Origin: Octopus sinensis
Lineage: Eukaryota
Direction of reading: 5' to 3'
DNA: 64,000 bases
Assembly (NCBI RefSeq): GCF_006345805.1
Contig: NC_043001.1
Span: 15,314,001 to 15,378,000, forward strand
In this document: piece by piece, positions 1 to 11,470 of the stretch
Numbering within the stretch: position 1 is the first letter of the stretch
How the letters are laid out: the number at the start of each line of letters is the position of its first letter
Made by a program: the position numbers and the translations under genes
The notes under the pieces: model-generated
Told to the model about the DNA's origin: nothing
Database searches by the model: none
Seen by the model: the letters and a program-made list of their open reading frames with translations, nothing else

Positions 1-424
1 TCAATGAAAAGGTCATGGTCTCAAAGCAACGAAAATATTTGGCAAATTAAATTTAAATGTTGAAGTGAATCTAATGGTTTTTGTGTGTTTAAATAGCTTA
101 TAAACACCTTCCACACTGCAATTGTATATATATACATACACACATATGCATTTATTTGTCCACCACCACCACTTGACAACTGGCATTGGCTTGTTTATGT
201 CTCCATAGCTTAGCTATTTGGCAAAAGAGACCAATAGAATAAGTGCCAAACTTTAAAATAAGTACTGGGGTTGAATTTTTCAACAAAAAAATCTGCAATC
301 CAGTGACTGAAACCAGTGAAAGATAAAAGATGCAAACACTCCCTCGTTAGTTCATTAACATTCAGAAACAAATCATACAAGCAAGAGGAAAAATAAAAAA
401 TAAAGAAGCATGAAAGTGATATCG

Positions 425-800
425 TATATGTGTAAACCATGCAAGGAAACAGAAAATCATTTGCTGCCTGGGTGTAAAATATTAAATGGAGATGATTATG
501 TTAGGAGATATTAAAATTGCATTGATGTTCTTTTTAAAAGAAATCCAGTGCAGTATAAAACCAGATGGGATAAATGGACCATGATGAAAAATAAGGAAAA
601 TTAACTATACTGGGATTTTGAATATATGCAAAACAATCATCAACAGAAGATGAGATTTAATTTTAGAAAATAATTCCAAGAGGTAAAATACAGATTATTG
701 AAATGATCTACCCATTGAGAAATACTTTAATGCAAAAAAAGCATGAGAAGAGACCAAGAAATACAAAAAAGAAAAGAGTCTTTGAGGTTCCTGAAAGAAG
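425..800 (+). pseudogene. Degenerate Dong/R4-clade (RLE) non-LTR retrotransposon fragment
   Basis: Reads CKPCKETENHLLPGCKILNGDDYVRR (zinc-knuckle-like), followed by frameshifted WDF.. and IQIIEM.YP remnants of the restriction-like endonuclease region. Confidence 0.6.
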
Positions 801-1127
801 TAGAAGATTATACTAATTGTAAGTTTGTTGATTAGATCCAAGTCAGTTCCAAATGAGCAAAGCTATGATCAAAAGTATTCCGGTGATGGCATTTCGTTTT
901 TTTTTTAAGCACATTGCATATCAAGGACTACATCATCCAATGTATCGCTCTGTTAGTCAATTACATCAGCCCCAGTGCTTCACTGATACTTTATTTTCTT
1001 AGTATCAGGGTTGAAAGGCAAAGGGAAGGTGACCTTGGTGGAATTTGAACTCAGAATATCAAGAGACAGGACAAATAATGCAAGGATTTTGTCTGATATT
1101 CTAACAGTTCTACCAATCCACTACCAT

Positions 1128-1355
1128 TAATCATCATCATCATTTAGCATCTGCTTTCTGTGTTGGCATGGGTTAGACAGTTTGACTGGAAATGGTAAGC
1201 TGGAGAGCAGCACCAGGTTCCGTCTGTTTTGGTCTGGTTTCTACAGCTGGATGCCCTTCCTAATGTCAACCACTCCAAGAGTGTAATGGGTGTCTTTTAT
1301 GTGTCCACACTATGATTTCATTTAGCCTGATGAGTCTTCTCAAGCACAGCAAAGG
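1128..1355 (-). mobile_element. Degenerate family B (RTE 3' UTR) copy
   Basis: (CAT)n tail followed by ttagcatctgctttc..catgggtt..cagctggatgcccttcctaatg. Confidence 0.75.
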
Positions 1356-1449
1356 TCTTGATAATCATAATAATAGTAAAAACTGGATATAAATACAAAT
1401 GTGACCCATCAATAGTTGGCTGCATCTGGACTTAAATCAGATCAAAGGG

Positions 1450-2075
1450 TTTCATTATAGCAGATTAAGAAACTACCAAGCAAGCATTTCTAAAAATGGT
1501 GCAGACCCTACCTGCCTGCCACTTTTGTGGTACAACCAAGAAAACAATTGACTACCTCCTTTCTGGTTGCTCTATGCTAGCTTCAAATGAATACATTATT
1601 CACCATGATAGAAATGGCCAATATATGCACTGATTTATATGCCATAAGTTTGGACTCCCATATGAGAAGAACTGGTGGAAACATAAACCTGCCAAAATAG
1701 TAGAAAATGACGATATCACCATTCTCTGAGATTTTAGTATTCAAACTGATTGTGCTATACAGGCAAAGACTAGATATTATGAAAAAAAAAATCACATTGA
1801 CAAAACATGCCTGCTCATAGATGTGTTAATGCCAGCAGATTGAAATGCTTCATAAAATTATTTGAAAAATTAAGAAAATATAAGAACTTTGAAGCAGAGG
1901 TTTCAAAAATGCAGCCTCTAAGAACAACTGTGCCTGTAATCCTCAGAGCTTTGGGGACAATACCAAAGAGTGCTCTTGAACACTATGGCTAAATATCAAG
2001 AAACTCCAAGGCAACAGAACTACAAAACATTGTTCTCATGGTACTGAAATCCTAAGAAAAACATTGTCAACTTGA
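1450..2075 (+). pseudogene. Dong/R4-clade LINE C-terminus (CCHC knuckle plus RLE endonuclease), disrupted
   Basis: Across stops and frameshifts: RNYQASISKNGADPTC..CGTTKKTIDYLLSGCSMLASNEYIIHHD..KNWWKHKPAKIVENDDITIL*DFSIQTD..KTCLLIDVLMPAD..EKLRKYKNFEAEVSKM..TVPVILRALGTIPK..ELQNIVLM. Includes ORF 1807-1992. Confidence 0.8.
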
Positions 2076-2269
2076 AAATACCTGATTCTCTTAAAACTCT
2101 ATAAAAACTGAAATAATAGTTCTCAGATTCTGGCCTCCTTCACATAAACTACACCTTTGCTAGTTATAAAAATAATACCCATAGTAAAATGTCCAACTTG
2201 CAGTTCTTTGGGGCTTGTGGGTGAAACTTGGCATAACTCATATAAAACAAAGTAACAATAATGTAATCT

Positions 2270-2484
2270 TGTATCCTCCCTCTCTCAAAATTTCAGGCTT
2301 TGTGCCTGAAATTTTGGGAGAGGAAGGGTAGTTGATTATATCAACCCCAGTGCTCAGCTGGTACTTATTTTAGAAACCTTGAAAGGATGAAAGGCAAAGT
2401 TGACCTCAGAAGAATTTGAACTCAAAACATAAAGATAGACAAAATGCTACCAAGCATGTCCAGCATGTTAATGACTCTACCACC
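2270..2484 (-). mobile_element. Family C tRNA SINE, degenerate
   Basis: ctggtacttatttt..gaaaggatgaaaggcaaagttgacctc..atttgaactca block shared with the other family C copies. Confidence 0.7.
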
Positions 2485-2488
2485 TTAA

Positions 2489-3233
2489 CCCTTTAGCATT
2501 TAAACCGGCCATATCCGGCCAAAAGTATTCTACCTGTTCTATGTTCAAACTGGCCAGATCTGGTCTTTCACACCAACCCTACAATATCGTTTGAGAAATG
2601 AACAGCTACCTCATCAAAATCTCATAACTACAAGATAATGCATGATTAGTTCAAAACAATCGTCGTCGTCGTCGTCGTTTAACGTCCGTTCTCCATGCTA
2701 GCATGGGTTGGACGGTTCGACCGGGGATCTGGGAAGCCAGAAGGCTGCACCAGGCTCCAGTCTTATCTGGCAGTGTTTCTACAGCTGGATGCCCTTCCTA
2801 ACGCCAACCACTCCGTGAGTGTAGTGGGTGCTTTTTACGTGCCACCTGCACAGGTGCCAAGCGAGGCTGGCAACGGCCACGGTCGGATTGGTGTATTTTA
2901 TGTGCCACCGGCACGGAAGCCAGACGAGGCGGTGCTGGCATCGGTCACGAGTCGGATGGTGCTTTTTACGTACCACCAGACCAGGGATCCTGGCTGGTTC
3001 AATTCGATTTCGATTTCGCTTGCCCCAACATGTCTTCGCAAGCAAGGGGGTTGGCATGGGTGCCTGTTGTACGGTCAGATTGGTGTATTTTACGTGCCAC
3101 CGGCACGGAAGCCAGCGGAGGCGGCACTGGCATCGGCCACGAGTCGGATAGTGCTTTTTACGTACCACCAGACCAGGGAACAATGTGGATAAAAAAGCAT
3201 TAATTTTGGCAGAATAATGCGAACACTAAAGGG
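2489..3233. mobile_element. piggyBac-type non-autonomous MITE (family D1) with a nested RTE insertion
   Basis: TTAA|CCCTTTAGCATT...AACACTAAAGGG|TTAA; internal sequence matches the copy at 3782-4002. Confidence 0.85.
2661..3178 (-). mobile_element. Young 5'-truncated RTE LINE 3' UTR copy (family B)
   Basis: Reverse complement of the 3' UTR at 18060-18443; CpG-rich; probable AACAAT duplication at both junctions. Confidence 0.85.
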
Positions 3234-3511
3234 TTAAAAATGATAATGTCGATGATGATGATGATAATAATGGGATCAGTCAGGACAAGATATTGAAGGC
3301 ATTGTGATTGGGAAATGGAAATTAAACTGAAAATTTCTAGCAAAAGAAATATGAAAAATTTGGATGGTGATTGCATAACTTGTGCCTGAGGTCTATTAGA
3401 AGATTATCTTACATGCTGATTGCCAAGTCAGTTACAAATCAAATCATTTTCAATGTAGAATAGATGAATAAAAATTGAAAGGAGAATAAGAAAAGTGACT
3501 GAAATATTAAC

Positions 3512-3615
3512 CTGCTTTTCATTCTGACAGTCAAGTGAAGTTGAATCGTAACGAGATTTCCAATGATTCCTCTCCAGTTCGCTTTCTTGAAGAAGCCGTT
3601 TGATTTTATTTATTT
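3512..3615 (-). CDS. HSF2BP: Internal coding exon of a probable HSF2BP/MEILB2 orthologue (coiled-coil segment)
   Basis: Acceptor ttgttgttgcag| and donor CAG|gttaat flank a 104-nt exon that is open in one frame: (E)INKIKRLLQESELERNHWKSRYDSTSLDCQNEKQ. It aligns without gaps to human HSF2BP residues ~63-97 as I recall them (ERNHWKSRYDSTSLDCQNEKQ vs DCEHFKARLETVQADNIREKK). Length and phases (1 in, 0 out) match the recalled human exon. Other exons not found. Confidence 0.78.
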
Positions 3616-3781
3616 CTGCAACAACAAATTATAAAGCATTTAATTAGGAAATAATCTACCAGAAACCAGTTGTGTTTCATTATCATTATTTGTTTAAGCA
3701 TTCACTGAAAGATAAATGTACAAATATATATAACTTTCAGGAACAAAAAATTATTAAAAAAAAACTAACAAAAGTATTTAA

Positions 3782-4002
3782 CCCTTTAGTGTTTAAACTG
3801 GACATATCCGGCCCAAATATTCTATGTTTTATATTCAAACCGGCGATATCTGGCCTCTCACACCTAATCTACATTGACATTCTAAAAATAAACAATCACA
3901 TCACTGAAACCTCAAAAGCTATAAGATAATGCAGGATTAATTAAAAACAATTTTAATAAAAAAAAGCATTACATTTAACAGAGTAATCTGAACACTAAAG
4001 GG
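3782..4002. mobile_element. piggyBac-type MITE (family D1)
   Basis: TTAA|CCCTTTAGTGTT...AACACTAAAGGG|TTAA. Confidence 0.88.
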
Positions 4003-4789
4003 TTAAACTTAAGGGATGTTCCAAAGCATCAAATACCAAAGTAGTAAACAAATTCCATTTTGAGTTTATAGTTCTGTTCTGTATAAATTCTAAAAGTAAA
4101 AAAAAAAAGAATTCCAATGCTTACATGTGAAAAAGTGTCTATAAATTGTTAAGTCAACATATATTCTATTTTCAACAAGTTAAGTATTTGCAAAGAAACA
4201 TAGACATAATGAAATTCCATAAGATTAGACCAAGAATGCTTGGCTTGTCATTTCTTCCAAACTATAGATATATTAAAAAAATGTTAGATTCACTCATGCA
4301 GTAGCATAGTTTTAGCAAGGCTGGTATGCAGAAGCAGAGATGATATTGTCCTTCTATGTAGATTTGTTGATAATAATTATAACAACATTGGCACAAGGCA
4401 ATACATTTTTGTGGGAGGGAACAGTTATTAAATCAATCCCAGTACATGTCTGGTATTTATTTTATCAACACTGGAGAGATGAAAGGACAAGTCAATCTGG
4501 TGATAATTGAAACCAGAATGCAAAGGGACAAAACTAAATACTCTAAGACATTCCTTATTCTATTACTCCACCATTTCCGCCTTTCTAACATTAATGTTTA
4601 GCACAAGGCCAGCAATTTCAAGGGAAGGGAAAAGACTTTGTATTAACTAATATCAATGCACCGTTTAGTATTTAATACATGACAGCTAAGTCTACAGTGA
4701 GGCAGATTTGAAAGTTGTTCAGATAATTAGAGCAACATTTAGTCAATGAATACTTCCTGAAAAGTTAAATTCTGCAGAAATCTTCAATA

Positions 4790-5212
4790 GGCGCAGGAGT
4801 GGCTGTGTGGTAAGTAGCTTGTTTACCAACCACATGGTTCCAGGTTCAGTCCCACTGCGTGGCACCTTGGGCAAGTGTCTTCTGCTATAGCCTCGGGCCG
4901 ACCAAAGCCTTGTGAGTGGATTTGGTAGACGGAAACTGAAAGAAGCCTGTCGTATATATGTATATATATATGTATATATATGTGTGTGTGTGTGTGTGTG
5001 TCTGTGTTTGTCCCCCTAGCATTGCTTGACAACCGATGCTGGTGTGCTTATGTACCTGTCACTTAGCGGTTCGGCAAAAGAGACCAATAGAATAAGTACT
5101 GGGCTTACAAAGAATAAGTCCCGGGGTCGAGTTGCTCGATTAAAAGGCGGTGCTCCAGCATGGCCGCAGTCAAATGACTGAAACAAGTAAAAGAGAAAAA
5201 AGAGAAAAGAGA
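4790..5212 (+). mobile_element. Family A tRNA-derived CORE-like SINE, full length
   Basis: Head with A box (TGGCTGTGTGG) and B box (GGTTCAGTCCC), then GCACCTTGGGCAAGTG (resembles the MIR/CORE motif), internal (TA)n(TG)n, CAGTC-AAAT-GACTG hairpin and AAAAGAG-type tail. About 30 copies in the window; likely related to the octopus OR SINEs (recalled). Confidence 0.9.
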
Positions 5213-5544
5213 ATAGGAAGATTCTTGCTAATTCTGTAAAAATGGAGATTCATTTTAACCTTTATAAGATGACTGATCCACCATTTTTGTGCTAGAAAGA
5301 AGAAAAAAACTGATTTCATCATCATTTTAAAATCCATTTTTCCAAGCTAACATGGGTCTGATGGAAATTTTTTTTCGGATTTTTCTATGGCTGGATGTTT
5401 TCCCTGTTACTAGTCCTCACCTGATTCCAAGTAGGGTGATATTTCTCCATGATCTGACACACTTTTATGGAAAACTGGAAACAAATAACAGCACTTCTAT
5501 AACTAACACTCCGAACCATTATCTGCTATCAAGGCAAGGCAAGG

Positions 5545-5586
<42 letters not shown>

Positions 5587-6049
5587 ATTTGAATTTCCAT
5601 CAACTAAATTCTCTCATGAAGTTTGGTTGGGCCAGAGCTGTAGTAGAAGACACTAGTTTGAGGGGCCACACAGCCACACATTGTGCCTGAGCCTGAAGTT
5701 GTGTGGTTAGGAACTTAACCTGCTGTATGTATCTAAACAAAACAACTAAAATGTTTTCTATGAGAAAAGAAAAAAATTGTAACAGCATATATCTCCAGTC
5801 CAATTTTCTGATGTATCTTCTCTCCTGTTGTTACTGCATAATGAAATGGGGATAATGTATATCAGATCAAATGTATTAACTTTTAATATTGTGCGGACAT
5901 ATTTCTATAGAAGTCTTTTTTTCAAAATTAAATGACACACCATAATGGAAATTTCAAACAAATTACCCATTATTAAGCGTGTTTTTAATTTATTTAATTT
6001 CAGGAGTGAGTGTGTACACATATACACATACATAACTACAGACAAATAT

Positions 6050-6268
6050 ATATATTTCTTTACTACCCACAAGGGGCTAAACACAGAGGGGACAAACAAG
6101 AACAGACAAATGGATTAAGTCGATTACATCAACCCCAGTGCATAACTGGTACTTAATTTATCGAGCCCGAAAGGATGAAAGGCAAAGTCGACCTCGGCGG
6201 AATTTGAACTCAGAACGTACCGGCAGATGAAATACGGCTACGCATTTCGCCCGGCGTGCTTGCCGCCT
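6050..6268 (-). mobile_element. Family C tRNA SINE with Deu/Nin-like domain
   Basis: Reverse complement contains B box GAGTTCAAATTCC and GACTTTGCCTTTCATCCTTTCGGG..GATAAATTAAGTACCAG, similar to the Deu/Nin SINE domain as recalled. Confidence 0.8.
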
Positions 6269-7032
6269 CTACAGACAAATATATATTTTATCATAAAAGA
6301 GTGGATGGAAAAAAGCAAAAAAAAAAGCAATATTGATACAAGTATTTTATTTCAATGAGTGAACTTATTTTAATTTATTATTTCTTCATACACAGTGATT
6401 CTTTCTTTTACAGATTCTTTTCCACCACCGCAACTCACAGACTTTGAATTAGAATGAACAAAAAAAGTTGGTGTTTGGCTGCCGTTTCAATGATTGTCAG
6501 CAATATCTGATAAAATTATCAGACATGCTTACACAGCAGTCTATAATCGCACAGGTCTGCTTTATTAAAAGTAGTCTTTCCATGGTAAACCGAAATCTCA
6601 ATGTATTATTTACTTTCTCAAGGAAAGGCTGCTCTCATTAAAAATAACGTCATTGATATTAGTGGTGATATATAAAATACAGCAAAATTATCAGAACCAA
6701 AACAGAAAACATTAAATTTCAAATAAAATCCTTCTGGTGAGGTAAGCTCTAAAATATATCTCAAGCCAGCTGTGTTTGAAATATAGTACTGTAGTATCTG
6801 TACTAAATTTACAGCGTCATGAAGGAAACCATTGATAGAAAATTATTTTTCATTTCCCATAGGTATTAATGATTATCTTTCTTAGCTAATGAATTCAGAT
6901 AATTTCATACAAAATCATAAAATAGCAATAAAAGGTTAGATATGATTGGTTTGATTAAGTAATTGAAGTTATCAACAAAGAAATTTAAATCTCTGTAGAT
7001 TCGTGAGCGTGTGTATTTACTTATCTTTATAC

Positions 7033-7072
<40 letters not shown>

Positions 7073-7244
7073 TGTAGACCAAAAACTTCATAATTACCAT
7101 TCAGTGATATCTAAATCTTTTCCATACAGTAGCTGACATTATGCACAAGCATTGAAACATTTACAGTGTTTCAGCAAGATAATATATATATCTGTGTATG
7201 TGCGTGTGTGTGTGTGTGCGTGTGTATACGCACACACACACACA

Positions 7245-8290
7245 TAAAGGCCTGTCCCAAATGAAACCAAATTTAAAAAAAAGAAATTAATTGCTTTACT
7301 TACATTTTAATCTGATTTGTCTTCCTCTAAAATAGTCCCCTCCACTGTTGATATATAAATATACTAGCAGTATCGCCCGGCGTTGCTCGGGTTTGTAAGG
7401 GAAATAACTATATAAGCATTTTTAGAGAGTTATAGCCAAAAAATAGCAAAAAAATGCATTAAAATGGAAAAAAAATTATGGTAAATTTTTTTTAAATCGT
7501 TGACTCATCGTAGACATTTTTAGAGAGTTACTTCCCTTATATACTAGCGAAAAAAATGCATTAAAATGGAAAAAAATGGTAAATTTTTTTTTAAATCGTA
7601 GACTCATCGTAGACGCGCGCTAATACCCAGAAGGGCTCGATATGAATCACGACTATAAGATAACCGGTTTTGGTTAAACTGCACCGCAAAATGTGGGAGT
7701 AGTTAGGAATCTAAATCGTAGGAGACAGACTTTTATATATAAAGATATACATATATATATACACACACACACACTCTCTCTCTCTCGGTAGGTTTTCTTT
7801 TTCCCTAGTTTCATAACATGACTTAAAATGTGTTTTCAGGGTTAGAGAACAATTCTTGAAATGAAATTTCTTTGATTTCTATGTTGACTGAAATCAGTAG
7901 CCTCCCTCAATGCGGATCTCAACTTTGAGAAATGAGACAAATCGAGAGGAGCCAAATTCAGCCAGAAGGGTAACTAGAAGGACAAGAATCATTTCATGCA
8001 TCACAGAATAAAGAATGACACATGAGCAGATGCACTGTCATGTCGCAGCATCAAGGATTGTATGTACATCCATTTGAAATACTCATGGCATTATGTATGG
8101 ATCAAATAGGCCTCTCTATATTCCTGTTGCAATATTAGAGAAATCTCAACAACACCATAAATGAATTTTTTCTAATTTGAAACAGAATTTCATGCCAACA
8201 CATTGCTCCTCCAAATCTTTCAGTGTTCCACTTGTGGCAAATCATCAACAGCACTAAACATTCAATGTAGGATGTATAGATCTTTTTGCT
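7245..8290 (-). mobile_element. Mariner transposon remnant interrupted by a Helitron and microsatellites
   Basis: Minus strand reads LRHDSASAHVS (HDNAPAH motif) and PFWLNLAPLDLSHFSKLRSAL (YSPDLAPxDF motif). TIR-like aggcctgtccc near 7248. Confidence 0.65.
7364..7745 (-). mobile_element. Non-autonomous Helitron
   Basis: On the minus strand: A|TCTTTATATATAAAA...CCCGAGCAACGCCGGG hairpin...CTAG|T. Inserted between A and T with no TSD. Confidence 0.9.
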
Positions 8291-8305
8291 TTCTACTCTA
8301 GGCAC

Positions 8306-8721
8306 AAGGCCTGAAATTTTGGGGGAAGGCACCAGTCAATTAGATTGATCCCAGGATACAACTGGTACTTAATTTATTGGTACTTAATTTATTGACCCCG
8401 AAAGGATGAAAGGCAAAGCTGACCTTGGTGGAAATTGAACTCAGAACACAAAGACAGATGGTGTACACCTGGTGTACTAACGTTTCTGCCAGTTCGTCAC
8501 CTTAAAGAATATAATATATTCTTTTCTACTCTAAGCATAAGGCCCGAAATTTTGGGGGAGGGGGCCAGTCGATTAGCTCGACCTCAATATGTAACTGGTA
8601 CTTAATTTATTGACCCCAAAAGGATGAAAGGCAAAGTTCACCTCGGTGGAATTTGAACTCAGAATATAAAGAGAGACGAAATACCACTAGGCGTGCTAAC
8701 AATTCTGCCAGCTCGCCGCCT
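8306..8721 (-). mobile_element. Two adjacent family C SINE copies
   Basis: Two successive copies (~8306-8503, ~8520-8721) of the family C body. Confidence 0.8.
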
Positions 8722-9418
8722 AGTAGCATGTGTAGATGTGGCATGATATGATTATTATAAGATTGAAGATTAAGATTACCTAAACATAGCATTACTGTGA
8801 ACACAATGTGTTAAATAATAAGCATGCTGTTTTCAAAATCCAGCTTCTTTCCGGACAGACTATTACACATACACACACTTATTTTTTCAGGAACAGGTAG
8901 AATAGGAGAGGAAAATAAGTAACATGCCTAAATAGTCAAACTGCACCCATATTCTAAACTACTGTATATATGTGTCTCATGTGCTTCTCAACTAGATGGA
9001 AGTATCAAATATCTGGAGCAGGAGATATGTGGATCATACCTAATCATTTAACCAGCTACTTTAGAAATAAAGGTTCCAAATTTGAAAGTTTGTTGCCTGA
9101 AGGTAATTCAACGAATTGCTTGAAACATAAACGGACGAAACATTGATGTTATCATTCGCAGTTCATATCAATTATGTATACAGTAATCCCTCAACCATCG
9201 TGGGTGTTATGTTCCAAAACCCCCAACAACAGGTGGAATTCCGCAAAGTAGAAGCAGTACTGTGTATTTTTTCTATTATTTTTATAATCTTTTCTATTAT
9301 TTTTATAATCTGTATATATTTATTATATTATAAATGCAAAACACCACCACGCACTCGCCTCCCGAGTTTTGTTTTCCATACAGCATGAGCGATTCTTTGT
9401 TTACTTATCTATGGTACA

Positions 9419-9807
9419 CTCTTTACTCTTTTTACTCTTTTACTTGTTTCAGTCATTTGACTGTGGCCATGCTGGAGCACCGCCTTTAATCGAGCAACTC
9501 GACCCCAGGACTTATTCTTTGTAAGCCCAGTACTTATTCTATCGGTCTGTTTTGCCGAACCGCTAAGTAACGGGGACATAAACACACCAGCATCGGTGCT
9601 AGGGGGTACAAACACAGACACACAAACACATACATATATATATACGACAGGCTTCTTTCAGTTTCCGTCTACCAAATCCACTCACAAGGCATTGGTCGGC
9701 CCGGGGCTATAGCAGAAGACACTTGCCCAAGATGCTACGCAGTGGGACTGAACCCGGAACCATGTGGTTGGTTAGCAAGCTACTTACCACACAGCCACTC
9801 CTGCGCC
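9419..9807 (-). mobile_element. Family A SINE, full length
   Basis: Complete reverse-complement copy. Confidence 0.9.
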
Positions 9808-9960
9808 TATCTGTCACTACGTATTTTCTTTTTAATATATTTTAATTAATGGGTTATATAGTGCAGTACTGTACTGTATTTTTATTTATTTATTTGTTAA
9901 TTTTTAGATGTGAAAACGCTTATTTTACCACAGAAATAATTCAAATTAAAAAAAATATAA

Positions 9961-10343
9961 AGTGGCTGTGTGTTAAGTAGCTTGCTTACCAATCACATGG
10001 TTCCGGGTTCAGTCCCACTGCGTGGTACCTTGGGCAAGTGTCTTCTACTATAGCCCCGGGCCGACCAAAGCCTTGTGAGTGGATTTGGTAGACGGAAACT
10101 GAAAGAAGCCCGTTGTATATATGTATATATATGTGTGTATTTGTGTGTGTCTGTGATTGTCCCCCCAACATCGCTTGACAACTGATGCTGGTGTGTTTAC
10201 GTCTCAGTAACTTAGCGGTTTGGCAAAAGAGACCGATAGAATAAGTACTAGGCTTACAAAGAATAAGACCTGGGGTCGATTTGCTCGACTAAAGGCGGTG
10301 CTCCAGCATGGCCACAGTCAAATGACTGAAACAAGTAAAAGAG
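9961..10343 (+). mobile_element. Family A SINE, near full length
   Basis: Head, internal microsatellite and tail all present. Confidence 0.9.
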
Positions 10344-10904
10344 TATTTATCGGCCACAGAAACCTGCAATATACTGAGGAGTCCATGATATAAATTTACA
10401 TGTATTAGCCAGAAAAATCTGCAATGTATTGCAGATGCAATTGGTGAACAACAATAATGGCGAGTGATTACTGTATTTTTAAAAAATCCTTTCTACAAGG
10501 ATTTATGAATTGGAATCAAAAGACAATTTAAGTTAGTTTCAAATAGTATAGTTTCAAGTTTTAACCCCAGGAATATGTACCTAATTAAATTATTGTTTGC
10601 CCATTTACTTACTGCTGTAAACTTTTGGAGATGAGATGTTATTGAAATGATAAAACAGTTTTCAGTTATTGTTTATTTAGTCTTACAGATAAAGTGTCAG
10701 GTTTTCAGTGATCTCACATATACTTCTCAAACAAACAGACCTCCACGCATAATGAGATAAGAACAAGTGCAGGAGTTAATCGGGCGATCACCTAATGGAT
10801 TGTTAGTTCAAATCTGCTGCAGGTGTAGAGGCACTCCTGGAAAGGGTACATTACTCTAGACTGTTTCAGTACAAGAAGGCCAAAAACATAAGCACCGTAT
10901 TATG

Positions 10905-11285
10905 TGTGTGCATGTGTGTAGGCTTGAGTGTGTGCATGTGTGTGAGTGTGTGTGTGTGTGTGTGTGCACGTATTTGAGAGTGCATGTGTAGTTGTGTGTG
11001 TGTACGTGCATTTGAGTGCATGCATGTTTGAGTGTGTATGTGTGTGTGTGTGCATAGGTGTGTTTGAGTGTGCGTGTATGTTTGCTTGAGTGTGTATGCA
11101 CATGTGTTTTAGTGTGCATGTATTTGAGTGTGAGTGTGTGTGTGTGTTTGAGTGTGCATGTATGTTTGCTTGAGTGTGCATGTGTGTGAGTGTGTGTGTG
11201 TTTGAGTGTTTGCATGTGTGTGCATGTGTGTTTGTGTGCATTTGTGTGTGTGAGCATACATGTCTATGCACACATAAGTGTGAGT
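10905..11285. repeat. Compound (TG)n/(TGCA)/(TGAG) low-complexity microsatellite
   Basis: Degenerate TG-rich tract; source of the spurious H/T-rich ORFs. Confidence 0.95.
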
Positions 11286-11470
11286 GTTTCTTTATGCCTT
11301 CATATAGTCAATGTATGAGTAAAAATAGTGTCTGCATTTATGTACCTTGTACAAATAATAGATGTAACTAGCTGTAGAGTTAATTAGCATATCACTGAAA
11401 GGCTTTCAGTAGGAGGTCACATGCTGACATGCCAACGAACCCAGGGCAGAAGAGGTCCTTCAGCTGCTCA

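Larger units (their letters stand above)
9181..10473. mobile_element. pogo/Tigger-like MITE containing two nested family A SINEs
   Basis: TA|CAGTAATCCCTC ... GAGTGATTACTG|TA; imperfect TIRs with TA TSD. Confidence 0.8.

Noticed and set aside
1326-1345. CTGATGAG hammerhead-like core
   Set aside because: A mutated version of family B cttgatgggtc; no GAAA core or flanking stems.
2695-3192. 165-aa ORF and similar ORFs (MLAWVGRF.., MLFTCH..)
   Set aside because: Antisense or alternative frames of the repetitive RTE 3' UTR; they recur wherever family B occurs.
5719-5757. Short minus-strand candidate exon (ENILVVLFRYIQQ)
   Set aside because: Good acceptor, but it ends in phase 0, cannot join the phase-1 exon at 3615 and has no homology.
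10856-11371. His/Thr- and Cys/Val-rich ORFs
   Set aside because: Translations of a (TG)n compound microsatellite.
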